A stretch of 64,000 nucleotides of DNA from Macrostomum lignano. Lineage: Eukaryota. Both the position numbers and the translations under genes were made by a program. The notes under the pieces were generated by a model, which worked only from the letters and a program-made list of their open reading frames with translations, was not told where the DNA came from and did not search any database. Location: assembly GCA_002269645.1 (NCBI GenBank), contig NIVC01000292.1:62001-126000 (forward strand), written 5' to 3'. This document shows positions 49,800 to 63,282 of this stretch, piece by piece. Each line of letters opens with the position of its first letter. Position 1 is the stretch's first letter.

Positions 49800-50595
49800 A
49801 GCTTCAGCATTAGCTGTCATTAGCCTTCGCCTTAGCCTCAGCATTAGCCTTGGCTTTAGCCTCGGCCTTAGCCTTGACTTTAGCCTCAGCATTAGCCTCA
49901 GCACTAGCCTCAGCCTTAGCCTCAGCATTATCCTCAGCACTAGCCTCAGCCTTAGCCTCAGCACTAGCCTCAGCCTTAGCCTCAAGCCTTAGCCTCAGCC
50001 TTAGCCTCAAGCCTTAGCCTCAGCCTTAGCCTCAGCACTAGCCTCAGCATTATCCTCAGCACTAGCCTCAGTCTTAGCCTCAGTACTAGCCTCAGTCTTA
50101 GCCTCAGCACTAGCCTCAGCCTTAGCCTCAGCCTTAGCCTTAGCCTCAGCCTTAGCCTCAGCATTATCCTCAGCACTAGTCTCAGTCTTAGCCTCAGCAC
50201 TAGCCTCAGCCTTAGCCTCAGCACTAGCCTCAACCTTAGCCTCAGCACTAGCCTCAGCCTAAGCCTCAGCACTAGCCTCAGCCTTAGCCTCAGCACTAGC
50301 CTCAGCCTTAGCCTCAGCACTAGCCTCAGCATTATCCTCAGCACTAGCCTCAGCCTTAGCCTCAGCACTAGCCTCAGCCTTAGCCTCAAGCCTTAGCCTC
50401 AGCCTTAGCCTCAGCACTAGCCTCAGCATTATCCTCAGCACTAGCCTCAGTCTTAGCCTCAGTACTAGCCTCAGTCTTAGCCTCAGCACTAGCCTCAGCC
50501 TTAGCCTCAGCCTCAGCCTTAGCCTCAGCCTTAGCCTCAGCACTAGCCTCAGCCTTAGCCTCAGCACTAGCCTCAGCCTTAGCCTCAGCACTAGC
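49800..50595. repeat. 6/12-bp-based repeat (TAGCCTCAGCMY)n
   Basis: Direct reading. Source of the AEAKAEAS and RLRLVL pseudo-ORFs. Confidence 0.94.
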
Positions 50596-51091
50596 ACGAG
50601 CTTCAGTCGCTTGAAGCCGGCAGCACCTGAGGTTAGAGAAATTCATTAGTAAAATTGCCCAAGCCAGGCAAACTAGCTAGCTGCCTGCAATTTTGTTCTC
50701 CCAGAGACGAGCCAGACAATGCGGGATGTCAGGCGCGCGGATTATCGGCAAAGGCCGTTTGGGGAGAATTATCCCGCAGAGTTTTTTTAACGGGGGGGGG
50801 ACGCGAAAAAAGCAGCTGCTACCCCCAGTTCGTGCGCTTACAAGTTTTTTAAAAAAGCGGGGGGGCTTCTGCTTAATTATTAATGAGGTGAAGAATTTGT
50901 CCCGCGTGCTGGGGGAAAACAGCCTCGCTTTACTAATTGATGAGGCAGGCGCTTGCCGGCCTTGCTGCAGCCTTGCCGCTCCGCTCTGCCGGCTTTCCTC
51001 CCTCATCTCGGAATCTCCGCTTGCGAGACGGCCGGCAAACCGCCTGGAAGTTTTCAGCTTCCCAGTTTTCCACCTGATAGGTCAGCTGACC

Positions 51092-51815
51092 TGCTCTGCT
51101 CTGCTCTGCTCTGCTCTGCTCTGCTCTGCTCTGCTCTGCTTTGCTCTGCTTTGCTCTGCTTTGCTCTGCTTTGCTCTGCTTTGCTCTGCTTTGCTCTGCT
51201 TTGCTCTGCTTTGCTCTGCTTTGCTCTGCTCTGCTCTGCTCTGCTCTGCTTTGCTCTGCTTTGCTCTGCTTTGCTCTGCTTTGCTCTGCTTTGCTCTGCT
51301 TTGCTCTGCTTTGCTCTGCTTTGCTCTGCTTTGCTCTGCTTTGCTCTGCTTTGCTCTGCTTTGCTCTGCTTTGCTCTGCTTTGCTCTGCTTTGCTCTGCT
51401 TTGCTCTGCTTTGCTCTGCTTTGCTCTGCTTTGCTCTGCTTTGCTCTGCTTTGCTCTGCTTTGCTCTGCTTTGCTCTGCTTTGCTCTGCTTTGCTCTGCT
51501 TTGCTCTGCTTTGCTCTGCTTTGCTCTGCTTTGCTCTGCTTTGCTCTGCTTTGCTCTGCTTTGCTCTGCTTTGCTCTGCTTTGCTCTGCTTTGCTCTGCT
51601 TTGCTCTGCTTTGCTCTGCTTTGCTCTGCTTTGCTCTGCTTTGCTCTGCTTTGCTCTGCTTTGCTCTGCTTTGCTCTGCTTTGCTCTGCTTTGCTCTGCT
51701 TTGCTCTGCTTTGCTCTGCTTTGCTCTGCTTTGCTCTGCTTTGCTCTGCTTTGCTCTGCTTTGCTCTGCTTTGCTCTGCTTTGCTCTGCTTTGCTCTGCT
51801 TTGCTCTGCTCTGCT
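51092..51815. repeat. (CTCTG/CTTTG) pentamer with a 10-bp period (TTGCTCTGCT)n
   Basis: Direct reading. Confidence 0.97.
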
Positions 51816-52667
51816 CTCCTCTCCTTTCCTCACCTCACCTGTCCTCTATTCTCTCATCTCATCTTCTCTCCTCTCTTCTTCTCTCCTCTCCTGTTCTTGA
51901 GCATGATTTTCGACTCCATCCAGCTCAGAAATCTGGATTTGTCTGCTTTCGCAATCGCAGCAGCTAAAAGGAAAAACTGCAATTTTGTTATAAATCGCGC
52001 CCAGAAAAGCGAGCCAACCCGGCCAATCAATCAGCCTGATGAATTTCCCAGAGATTCGATTCCTAATCTCCCACAGTAGCCGAAATAATCAATGCCCAGG
52101 TTAATTATCCGGAACAACTGCTGAGTCAGCAGCAGCTCGGGGCCCCATTGTGCAGCGATGCAATCAGGGAAAATTTCCCCATTATAATTAGGATCGCATT
52201 TTGGCAGCTCCGCGTGTGCAAACACCCGGCCTCCCCCGGCCCGCCGCTCCCATCTCCTTCCAATTATGCAAATTGCCTGCCTGCCAGCCAGCCCCAGATC
52301 TTCGCCATCCCCAGCCCGCGCAGCATCAATCGGATTTGGGAGGGGAGATCGGCACTTGAATTCCGCCCGGAAACCAGCTGATTCCCTCTCGGTGCACTTC
52401 AATTAAAAATATTTTCCTTTTGTGCTGAACTCTTTCATTGGCGGCTGCGCCTTGAGTCCAAATTTTGCCGTGATTTCTTAATTCGCATTCGGCCCCTCCT
52501 CAGCGTCATTTGCGTGATTGAGCAAGCAATTTCCCGGAAAGCAGCTCTGTTGCTGCTTTTGCTACAACCGGTGTAGCAAATCCCGCCTCGAACTCAGCCC
52601 CACCCCAGCTGCCCTGCACCTCATCAACCTCTTCGAGCACCGGCTTGAGCAGCCATTGCTGCTCCCT

Positions 52668-53447
52668 TCTCCTATCTCCCAGCTCCCAGCTCCCATCTCC
52701 CATCTCCCATCTCCCATCTCCCATCTCCGATCCCCCATCTCCAATCTCCCAGCTCCCATCTCCCATCTCCCAGCTCCCGTCTCCCATCTCCCATCTCCGA
52801 TCCCCCATCTCCAATCTCCCAGCTCCCATCTCCCATCTCCCAGCTCCCGTCTCCCATCTCCCATCCCCCATCTCCCATCTCCCATCTCCCATCTCCCAGC
52901 TCCCATCTCCCAGCTCCCATCTCCCATCCCCCATCTCCCATCTCCCATCTCCCATCTCCCAGCTCCCATCTCCCATCTCCCATCTCCCAGCTCCCATCTA
53001 CCATCTCCGAGCCCCCATCTCCCATCTCCCATCTCCGAGCCCCCATCTCCCATCTCCCATCTCCCATCTCCCAGCTCCCATCTCCCAGCTCCCTTCTCCC
53101 ATCTCCCATCTCCCATCTCCCATCTCCGAGCTCCCATCTCCCATCTCCCATCTCCGAGCCCCTATCTCCCATCTCCCATCTCCGAGCCCCCATCTCCCAG
53201 CTCCCATCTCCCATCTCCCAGCTCCCATCTCCCATCTCCGAGCTCCCATCTCCCATCTCCCATCTCCCATCTCCGAGCTCCCATCTCCCAGTTCCCATCT
53301 CCCCTCTCCCATCTCCCCTCTTCCATCTCCCCTCTCCCATCTCCCATCTCCCATCTCCCAGCTCCCCTCTCCCATCTCCCCTCTCCCATCTCCCCTCTCC
53401 CCTCTCCCATCTCCCCTCTCCCCTCTCCCATCTCCCAGCTCCCAGCT
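52668..53447. repeat. 7-bp-based C-rich repeat (CTCCCAT/CTCCCAG)n
   Basis: Direct reading. Confidence 0.95.
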
Positions 53448-54128
53448 GTACCAAACAGCTCGGCTGATTCCGCTTCCCAGCTCCAGAGCCGCCGTCTCCA
53501 ACAAACGATCCCAAAGAATCCCAGAGAACTTTGCCTCCTGAATCTCTTCCCCATTGTCTCAAAAAAGCTTTGAGGACCCCCCTGGCTGAGCGAACGGTCC
53601 GCTTATTAATTAATTGAATGCTGGGAGAGTCGGGAGGAGGAGAGAAATTCTTGCCACTGAGATGAGGAGCTGAGCCTCCCATTGTTTCCAGGAGGCGGCC
53701 CAGCCTGACTCAGGCCTGAGTGGCCACTTCAGCCAAGGCGGGGGTCCCCTGTCCGCGTGCAATCATAACTCATAATATATTCTTTGAGCTCAAGTGCTCG
53801 GCTGCCTCTACTCGCTGATGTTTAGTTGGGCCTACCGGGGCGCTCGCCTTGGGTCCCGGGGATTTCGCGAATTCAGCCGGCTGAGTGACCCAATTAGTTT
53901 TAATTGGCAGTTTCTCGGGCCGCGGATCCCCGGCCGAGAGGGGTGGGGCCGATGGGGCCTTGTTGGTGTTGGGCAAAGCCAAGGCGCTTCCGCATTCATT
54001 ATTCCTGCTAATAATTCATTTTAATTAGACGGGCCTCCCGTGCGCCAAGTTTTTGACTGCAGTTTCAGTCTGGGGAAGCCGCGGTGAAATCGCTGGATTC
54101 ATTTGGGATGAACAGGAGAACTATGCGT

Positions 54129-55440
54129 CCCAGATCCTAGATCCCAGATCCTAGATCCCAGATCCTAGATCCCAGATCCTAGATCCCAGATCCTAGATCC
54201 CAGATCCTAGATCCCAGATCCTAGATCCCAGATCCTAGATCCCAGATCCTAGATCCCAGATCCTAGATCCCAGATCCTAGATCCCAGATCCTAGATCCCA
54301 GATCCTAGATCCCAGATCCTAGATCCCAGATCCTAGATCCCAGATCCTAGATCCCAGATCCTAGATCCCAGATCCTAGATCCCAGATCCTAGATCCCAGA
54401 TCCTAGATCCCAGATCCTAGATCCCAGATCCTAGATCCCAGATCCTAGATCCCAGATCCTAGATCCCAGATCCTAGATCCCAGATCCTAGATCCCAGATC
54501 CTAGATCCCAGATCCTAGATCCCAGATCCTAGATCCCAGATCCTAGATCCCAGATCCTAGATCCCAGATCCTAGATCCCAGATCCTAGATCCCAGATCCT
54601 AGATCCCAGATCCTAGATCCCAGATCCTAGATCCCAGATCCTAGATCCCAGATCCTAGATCCCAGATCCTAGATCCCAGATCCTAGATCCCAGATCCTAG
54701 ATCCCAGATCCTAGATCCCAGATCCTAGATCCCAGATCCTAGATCCCAGATCCTAGATCCCAGATCCTAGATCCCAGATCCTAGATCCCAGATCCTAGAT
54801 CCCAGATCCTAGATCCCAGATCCTAGATCCCAGATCCTAGATCCCAGATCCTAGATCCCAGATCCTAGATCCCAGATCCTAGATCCCAGATCCTAGATCC
54901 CAGATCCTAGATCCCAGATCCTAGATCCCAGATCCTAGATCCCAGATCCTAGATCCCAGATCCTAGATCCCAGATCCTAGATCCCAGATCCTAGATCCCA
55001 GATCCTAGATCCCAGATCCTAGATCCCAGATCCTAGATCCCAGATCCTAGATCCCAGATCCTAGATCCCAGATCCTAGATCCCAGATCCTAGATCCCAGA
55101 TCCTAGATCCCAGATCCTAGATCCCAGATCCTAGATCCCAGATCCTAGATCCCAGATCCTAGATCCCAGATCCTAGATCCCAGATCCTAGATCCCAGATC
55201 CTAGATCCCAGATCCTAGATCCCAGATCCTAGATCCCAGATCCTAGATCCCAGATCCTAGATCCCAGATCCTAGATCCCAGATCCTAGATCCCAGATCCT
55301 AGATCCCAGATTCTAGATCCCAGATCCTAGATCCCAGATCCTAGATCCCAGATTCTAGATCCCAGATCCTAGATCCCAGATCCTAGATCCCAGATCCTAG
55401 ATCCCAGATCCTAGATCCCAGATCCTAGATCCCAGATCCC
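54129..55440. repeat. 14-bp minisatellite (CCCAGATCCTAGAT)n, ~93 near-perfect copies
   Basis: Direct reading. The unit is two 7-mers, CCCAGAT and CCTAGAT. Confidence 0.98.
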
Positions 55441-56039
55441 TCGGGGCAAAGCCAAGGCGCTGTCCCCTCGTTAACCTCAGGACTGCTGTGCCCCCTCTCG
55501 GAACAAATGCACAATCTCCCTATCGCAGACCGAAGCCCGCGCAGTTCAATTTCCACTCCAGAAATCTGGTTCGAGAACTCCCTGGCCTGGTGTCCCGGTC
55601 CCATAGCATAGTAAACAGTTTGCTTCAGTTCTGTTTGGATTATTCAGATTCCTGAAGTGCGACCTGCCCCCCGAATGTTTGGGTTGGGGGTGGGCAGCTT
55701 TGATTGAAGTTTGACAAGCGAGGGGGCCACAATTGCCCGCCTCGGGGATCAGAGTCCCAGATCAGCAACAAGCCGGGTTATAAATCAAAGGCAGAGAGGC
55801 AGACACCACTTTCAAGGGCACTGCAGGGCGGCTTTGATGTCCTTGAAGTTCGGACAAGATTGCGGCTTGTCTGGCTGCAGCACTACAGCCCCCTGCCCTT
55901 CCCGACCCGTATCAACTTCTGCTTACCAACTGCCCGCTTTTATGGCCCCCCAGATGCTTGCTGTTAAAGAAGTCATTTCATTTCGCAACATTACTGAAAC
56001 CTTTGCTTGGCCTTGTGTAGCTTTTATGACGCGAGCCCG

Positions 56040-56545
56040 TAGTGACATTATTCTGTTTGATAGGAGTGACATTGTTCTGTTTGATAGGAGTGACATTGTT
56101 CTGTTTGATCGGAGTGACATTGTTCTGTTTGATAGGAGTGACATTGTTCTGTTTGATAGGAGTGACATTGTTCTGTTTGATCGGAGTGACATTTTTCTGT
56201 TTGATCGGAGTGAAATTGTTCTGTTTGATAGGAGTGACATTGTTCTGTTTGATCGGAGTGACATTGTTCTGTTTGATAGGAGTGACATTGTTCTGTTTGA
56301 TAGGAGTGACATTGTTCTGTTTGATCGGAGTGACATTTTTCTGTTTGATCGGAGTGAAATTGTTCTGTTTGATAGGAATGACATTATTCTGTTTGATCGG
56401 AGTGACATTATTCTGTTTGATCGGAGTGACATTATTCTGTTTGATCGGAGTGACATTATTCTGGTAGATCAGAGTGACATTATTCTGATAGATCAGAGTG
56501 ACGTTATTCTGGTTGATCGGAGTGACATTATTTTGGTAGTTTAAA
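56040..56545. repeat. 24-bp minisatellite (GGAGTGACATTGTTCTGTTTGATM)n
   Basis: Direct reading. Confidence 0.95.
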
Positions 56546-56959
56546 GTGACAATTTTCTGGTAGCTAGATCAGAGGAGTGACATTGGGAGACAGCCCAGTA
56601 CGCCAAAGTTCAAAATAAAGATGTAAATTTCGCAAAGTTCGCTAAGCAGTGTTTCAAAAGATAAAACTGCCGAGAATCTGTTCTCACTCGCGGGCTGCTG
56701 AATCAACTCCAAAAGAGCAGCCCTGTGTGTTTAATTGCTTTTTCACAGGCAGGAACAGAAAGTCCATGCACTGCTTCAGAGTATGTTATGTACACATTTT
56801 ACATCAGAAGAATATTGATTGGCACGGGTGCCATAGAGATGGTAGCAAAGTCTTGATTTACTAGATAGCGATAAAGTCTTTGTCATTACATCTGGTAGGC
56901 TAATAGGTGACAGTGTACAGACATACAGACCTCTGGAATGAACATTGAGTTTGTAAGCA

Positions 56960-57330
56960 CGGGATACTCTGTCACGGGATGTTCTGTCACGGGATACTCT
57001 GTCACGGGATATTCTGTCACGGGATGTTCTGTCACGGGATACTCTGTCACGGGATATTCTGTCACGGGATATTCTGTCACGGGATGTTCTGTCACGGGAT
57101 ACTCTGTCACGGGATATTCTGTCACGGGATACTCTGTCACGGGATATTCTGTCACGGGATACTCTGTCACGGGATATTCTGTCACGGGATATTCTGTCAC
57201 GGGGTATTTTGTCACGGGTTATTCAGTCACGGGATATTCTGTCGCGGGATATTCTGTCACGGGATATTCTGTCGCGGGATATTCTGTCACGGGATATTCT
57301 GCCACGGGATATTCAGTTACGGGATATTAC
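56960..57330. repeat. 15-bp minisatellite (CACGGGATATTCTGT)n
   Basis: Direct reading. Lies just 3' of the LMO4-like stop on the minus strand. Confidence 0.95.
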
Positions 57331-57488
57331 GGGGCTCACAAATTGTGCCGAGGCAACAGCTGATGGGTGACAAAATCATATTTCGAAATTGTTTCATGAG
57401 ATCATAAATCATAAGGATTGCTACGGTAGCTACAGCAATTAACATATTTAATATCAGGTTCCAGCTAATTAGCATAATTAATGAGCTG

Positions 57489-57900
57489 TCAGCACACGGG
57501 CTGCAGCGGCGGCTGCTGCTTCTGTCCGCCGCCTCCGCCTTTCTTTTTGCCGCCTCCGCCTCGCTTCGACGTGGCCGGAGCCGCCGCAGCTGCCGTCTGG
57601 CTGCCGCCGCCGCTGCCGACACCGCCTGACGCCGCCGAAGCAGCCGTTCCCGTCGCCGCAGCCGCGGCGAACGCCTTGGCGAAGTCGCTCTCGCAGACTG
57701 GCAGCCCGCTGGGCAGCAGGGCGTAGCGGTCACCCGGCTGCAGCTGGCAGCGGCACTGCGAGCACACAAAGCACTGCACGTGGTACACCCGGCTTGAGCC
57801 TCCGCCGCCGCCTTCGCTGCTGGCTGACGAGCGCAGGACAAACTCGGTGGCGGAGATGTGCATCGAGCAGCCCGCGCAGGTTCCGTGGCTGCCGAACAGC
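57489..57900 (-). CDS. LMO4: LMO4-like LIM-only protein, terminal exon (LIM2 plus C-terminal tail)
   Basis: Minus strand ttccacAG|G CTG TTC GGC gives (R)LFGSHGTCAGC...VYHVQCFVCSQCRCQLQPGDRY...VCESD. It matches LMO4 RLFGNSGACSAC...VYHLKCFTCSTCRNRLVPGDRF. No homeodomain follows, and the protein ends PVC*. Confidence 0.9.
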
Positions 57901-57918
57901 CTGTGGAATGGAGTTCAG

Positions 57919-58786
<868 letters not shown>

Positions 58787-60019
58787 TTCCGGTTTACTGT
58801 TCAATATCTAATCTTCTCACTCTTCTCTCCCCTTCTCTCGGTTTCCCCGATGTCTCTGCCTGAGCTGAGTTCCACTCGGAAGATGAGGAGAGGCGCGGCA
58901 GCTGACAGGCCACGGCTCGAGGGCTCTCAGAGTCGCGGCGAGAACCCGCGGACTCGGAGGATTGCAAGCCCGGCAATTAGCGGCTTGTCATCTGCGCGTC
59001 AACGCGGCTCACCTGTCACTGCGCGCGGTGGCAGCGGAACTCCAAAATTAAGGAAAACTGCGCGCCCGTAGTTGCGCGTCTGCCCCGTGATTGACAGGCT
59101 CTTCGCCAGTGTCAAGTCTGTTTGCTCAGCCATCAAATCTCGGGTTTCTTGGAATCATCGAGAAATTGCTGGATTTCCAGCTGCTGGAGAGCCGAGCGGC
59201 TGCCTTGCATTTGGGGTGGGGCGCGTGCTGCGGACTGCCTGAGCCGGATGCCCGCGACTGGGGAGGGGGGAAACTGATGAAGCCCGACTGGCCCAGCCTC
59301 CGCTTTATTAATTTATTTACGAGCATTCAGGCCTCCGGCATTGAGGGCACGCGGGGATGAGGAACTCAATGCGCACCTGAACTCCCCGCCTGCCCCATGA
59401 AAGATCCCATCCGTTCTGATGCCATGCAGCATCCAGCATCAGGGGCTGCATCAGCTTGAGCCCTCCTCCAGCCCTGTCTCATTGTGCATACTGGGCCCAT
59501 TGTTGCCCCCCCTCCCCCCTAGGTAGGGAAATGAGCCACCGCGTGAGTGATCCCAGTTCCTCATCATCACTCTTCCCCACCCCACGCGGACTTCGCTCTC
59601 TGCTTGCAGTTCCCCTGATTTGGGATTTTTCTAGTTCAGCATCTTCTGCGACTCCACATTGTCTCATTGTAAGGCCTTCCGACCAGCTTCCCCGCCCTCA
59701 TCAGTTCTCGAAGTCCCATTCATCTCGGAGTCACGGGCTCTGCACAGCAGCAGCTGCTCAAGAAAAAGCTTTTCTCTGGCTCCACTTCTTCTGCGAGGCC
59801 AGCAGAAAGCTTGTCAATCAAGGGCCGCGGCTGCTGCTGTTTTGCTTCTTTGCCGGGGGGTCGGGAGATGCCAGCGGCGCATCCGGGCGGTTCCGGGTCG
59901 CTGAGTCCCCCGCCTGCTAGGGAAACCACAGTTGGTGTTCAAGCCACCGTCATTGTGGTCTTGTTACTGAATTAGGATTGCACCCGATTTCTTTGAGAGC
60001 TACGGAGATTATGCTGGAG

Positions 60020-60810
60020 AGGGTGAGATTGGATTTTGAGTGAGATTGACTAAAAATGGGATTGGATAGGATAAGATTGCAGAAGAGTGAGATTAGACAT
60101 GGTGAAATTGGATAGGGTGAGATTGGATAGGGTGAGATTGGATAGGGTGAGATTGGATAGGGTGAGTTTGGATAAGGTGAGATTGGATAGGGTAAGATTG
60201 GAAAGGGTGAGATTGGATAGGGTGAGATTGGATAGGGTGAGATTGGATAGGGTGAGATTGGATAGGGTGAGATTGGATTCATAGAGAGATTGGAAAGGGT
60301 GAGATTGGATAGGGTAAGATTACACAGGGTGAGATTGGATAGGTTGAGATTGGATAGGGTGAGAATGGATAGATGAGATTGGATAGGTTAAGGTTGGATA
60401 GGTTAAGATTGGAAAGGGTGAGATTGGATAGGATGAGATTGGATAGGTTAAGGTTGGATAGGGTGAGATTGGATAGGGTGAGATTGGATAGAGTGAGTTT
60501 GGATAGGTTAAGGTTGGATAGGTTAAGATTGGAAAGGGTGAGATTGAAGAGGGTGAGATTGGATAGGTTGAGATTGGATAGGGTGAGATTGGATAGGGTG
60601 AGATTGGATAGGATGAGATTGGATAGGTTAAGGTTGGATAGGGTAAGATTGGAAAGGGTGAGATTGGATAGGGTGAGATTGGATAGGATGAGATTGGATA
60701 GGTTAAGGTTGGATAGGGTAAGATTGGACTGAGAGTAAGGTTGACAAGGTGAGATCAGATATGGTGAGATTGGAAAGGGTAGCATGGGACACGGTGAGAT
60801 TGAGAAGAGT
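60020..60810. repeat. 15-bp minisatellite (GGTGAGATTGGATAG)n; LMO4 intron, next to the donor
   Basis: Direct reading. Confidence 0.95.
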
Positions 60811-60840
60811 ATAACATTAGCGAGCACCGGCCAGCCTCAC

Positions 60841-61040
60841 CTGATGTAGTCGGTCCTGCAGAGGATCATGCCCCCCTTGGTGTAGCAGGAGGAGCCGAGG
60901 TCGGACAGCGGGATGCTGCAGTGGTGGCACTTGAGGCAGCGCGTGTGCCAGCAGCGGTCCACCGCCTGCAGGAGGAACTGCTCGGTGATGGGGGCGTTGC
61001 AGCCGGCGCACCAGGCGCCCTGCATCTGCGGAGGCTGCAT
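60841..61040 (-). CDS. LMO4: LMO4-like exon encoding LIM1
   Basis: CAGCNAPITEQFLLQAVDRCWHTRCLKCHHCSIPLSDLGSSCYTKGGMILCRTDYIR matches LMO4 LIM1 (SCYTKSGMILCRNDYIR). Donor ATCAG|GTGAGG, phase 2. The first in-frame ATG is at 61040. An acceptor at 61084 implies an upstream exon, so the true start could lie further 5'. Confidence 0.9.
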
Positions 61041-61119
61041 CAGCTGTTGATAAGTCTGATGCTGCAACGCCTGCAGATGCGGCCCTGCGAATGGGAAGGA
61101 AAGAGGCGTTGGTTGCTGG

Positions 61120-61812
61120 GAGATGGAGATGAGAGCTGGAGATGAGAGCTGGAGATGAGAGCTGGAGATGAGAGCTGGAGATGAGAGCTGGAGATGAGAG
61201 CTGGAGATGAGAGCTGGAGATGAGAGCTGGAGATGAGAGCTGGAGATGAGAGCTGGAGATGAGAGCTGGAGATGAGAGCTGGAGATGAGAGCTGGAGATG
61301 AGAGCTGAAGATGAGAGCTGTAGATGAGAGCTGGAGATGAGAGCTGTAGATGAGAGCTGGAGATGAGAACTGGAGATGAGAGCTGGAGATGAGAGCTGGA
61401 GATGAGAGCTGGAGATGAGAGCTGGAGATGAGAGCTGGAGATGAGAGCTGGAGATGAGAGCTGTAGATGAGAGCTGTAGATGAGAGCTGGAGATGAGAGC
61501 TGGAGATGAGAGCTGGAGATGAGAGCTGGAGATGAGAGCTGGAGATGAGAGCTGGAGATGAGAGCTGGAGATGAGAGCTGGAGATGAGAGCTGGAGATGA
61601 GAGCTGGAGATGAGAGCTGGAGATGAGAGCTGGAGATGAGAGCTGGAGATGAGAGCTGGAGATGAGAGCTGGAGATGAGAGCTGGAGATGAGAGCTGGAG
61701 ATGAGAGCTGGAGATGAGAGCTGGAGATGAGAGCTGGAGATGAGAGCTGGAGATGAGAGCTGGAGATGAGAGCTGGAGATGAGAGCTGGAGATGAGAGCT
61801 GGAGATGAGAAC
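61120..61812. repeat. 13-bp minisatellite (GAGATGAGAGCTG)n, ~53 copies; probable LMO4 5' intron
   Basis: Direct reading. On the minus strand it is bracketed by ACT|GTAAGG (~61826) and ttcgcAG| (61084). Confidence 0.95.
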
Positions 61813-63282
61813 TGAAACCCTTACAGTTAATGAGGTCAGCAAGTGTTTTGAATGACTGTCTAACGAGCCCGCAGCATCATTAGCGAAGAATGGACCGCAG
61901 CGAAGCATTGAAATTTATGGTCCAGAAATTCCGGCCAGCTGTCAGGGACTGCCAATTGCTTAATGAGTTCCCCAGCCAGCCCAGCCCGTGCTTGGGAACA
62001 CAGATTTCACAAATCTAATAAAGCTTGATGAAGCCGGTCCAGCATCTTCACCGAATGCCAATTGACTGAGAAGTGCCCCGGGCACTGGAGATATTAATTA
62101 TGAGTGGGGGGGGGGGGCTGCAGGTGAGATTAGCCCGCCTGGCTTAACCAGCCAATTGCCTGAGCCTCTCAGGTGCGAATCCGATAATTGGAGTGAATTT
62201 CGGGCCAGCTGTAGTCCTCAGCTCGAATCCCTCACGCGCCATTAGCTAAACTGGGAATTAATCAATCCGACCTACGGTCTCCTGGGAGCGCCTCTGGTAA
62301 GCCGAAATCCCCTCGGATCCGGGAAGATTTCCCTCCCATCGCTCCGATTTTGGCTCGGGATCCGCGGCCTCCGTGCAATTCTTGCTTTGGAAAATTTTTG
62401 AGGGGAATTTTTTAGCTAGTAAGTAGGAGCAGAGGCCCCCTTTCCCATAGGCCTAATTAGAGTGGCCCCCCTCAGTCTCTCTTCAATGAAGAAGTTTTTT
62501 AATTAAGCCATTGGACCCGGCTGTAATTACCAAAATGGGGTGGTGGGTGCCAGCCTGAGCAGCCCAGCGCTTAGTGCAGCCGAGCCCCCCTCAAGCCTAA
62601 AACTTCATTAACCAAAGGTAATCAATCGTTGGCGGCTTGAGGGCCTCTTTCTAATTATGCCACAGCGGCCTGGAGAGGCCTGAGGAGTGAGAGGCGGTAT
62701 TTGTAAGGCACGCCCGCCCCCTTCTACCTAAAGAAAGCGAGCGGGCCAAGGCAGCATTAATGACCCGATAGCCGGGCCTCTGTGGTTATATTAGCACAGG
62801 GGAAACACAGGCCGCCCCAGCACCTCATTAAGGGAAGCGGAGGCTGGGGTGGCGGCCGCAAGCCGTCTTCTCCCATAGAATCCCAAACTCCCTAATGACT
62901 GGGGAGGTGGAGGGGAGGGCGGGGGGAGGGCGGGGGCCCCCCTACGCAGTTTGCAGCTGCGCGCGCGCCTGATGATGCCGACTGATGAAGGGGAACACGG
63001 GGGAGGCTGGGAGGAGGGCGGCGAGGCCTGATGCAGCTTTCAGAGAAGCTGAGGGACGCAAGCGGCCGTTAGGAAAAGTGTGCAAGAGAGAAATGATGAA
63101 AAGTAATCCCTAATTTCTCCGCTTCCAAAGGCGGTCGCGGGCGTTGCCTGCGCATCTGGGGGAATCTAGGCTGATGAAGCTGATGAGGTGTGGGAAGCTG
63201 GGGATGGAGAGCTGCAGTGATGAAGAAGCTGGACACCAGCGCTTGATGAGACCGGCTTAATGGATTCTAAAGCGAACCAAGG

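Noticed and set aside
49774-53682. AEAKAEAS, ALLCF, EMGDGRW and SPISHLP ORFs resembling TolA, antifreeze or collagen-like proteins
   Set aside because: Each is open in several frames and strands and tracks a short DNA repeat exactly.
60817-61908. 363-aa minus-strand ORF as a LMO4 N-terminal extension
   Set aside because: It is mostly the 13-bp repeat and is out of frame with LIM1. Splicing 61826 to 61084 in that frame hits a stop, so the upstream exon is probably non-coding.
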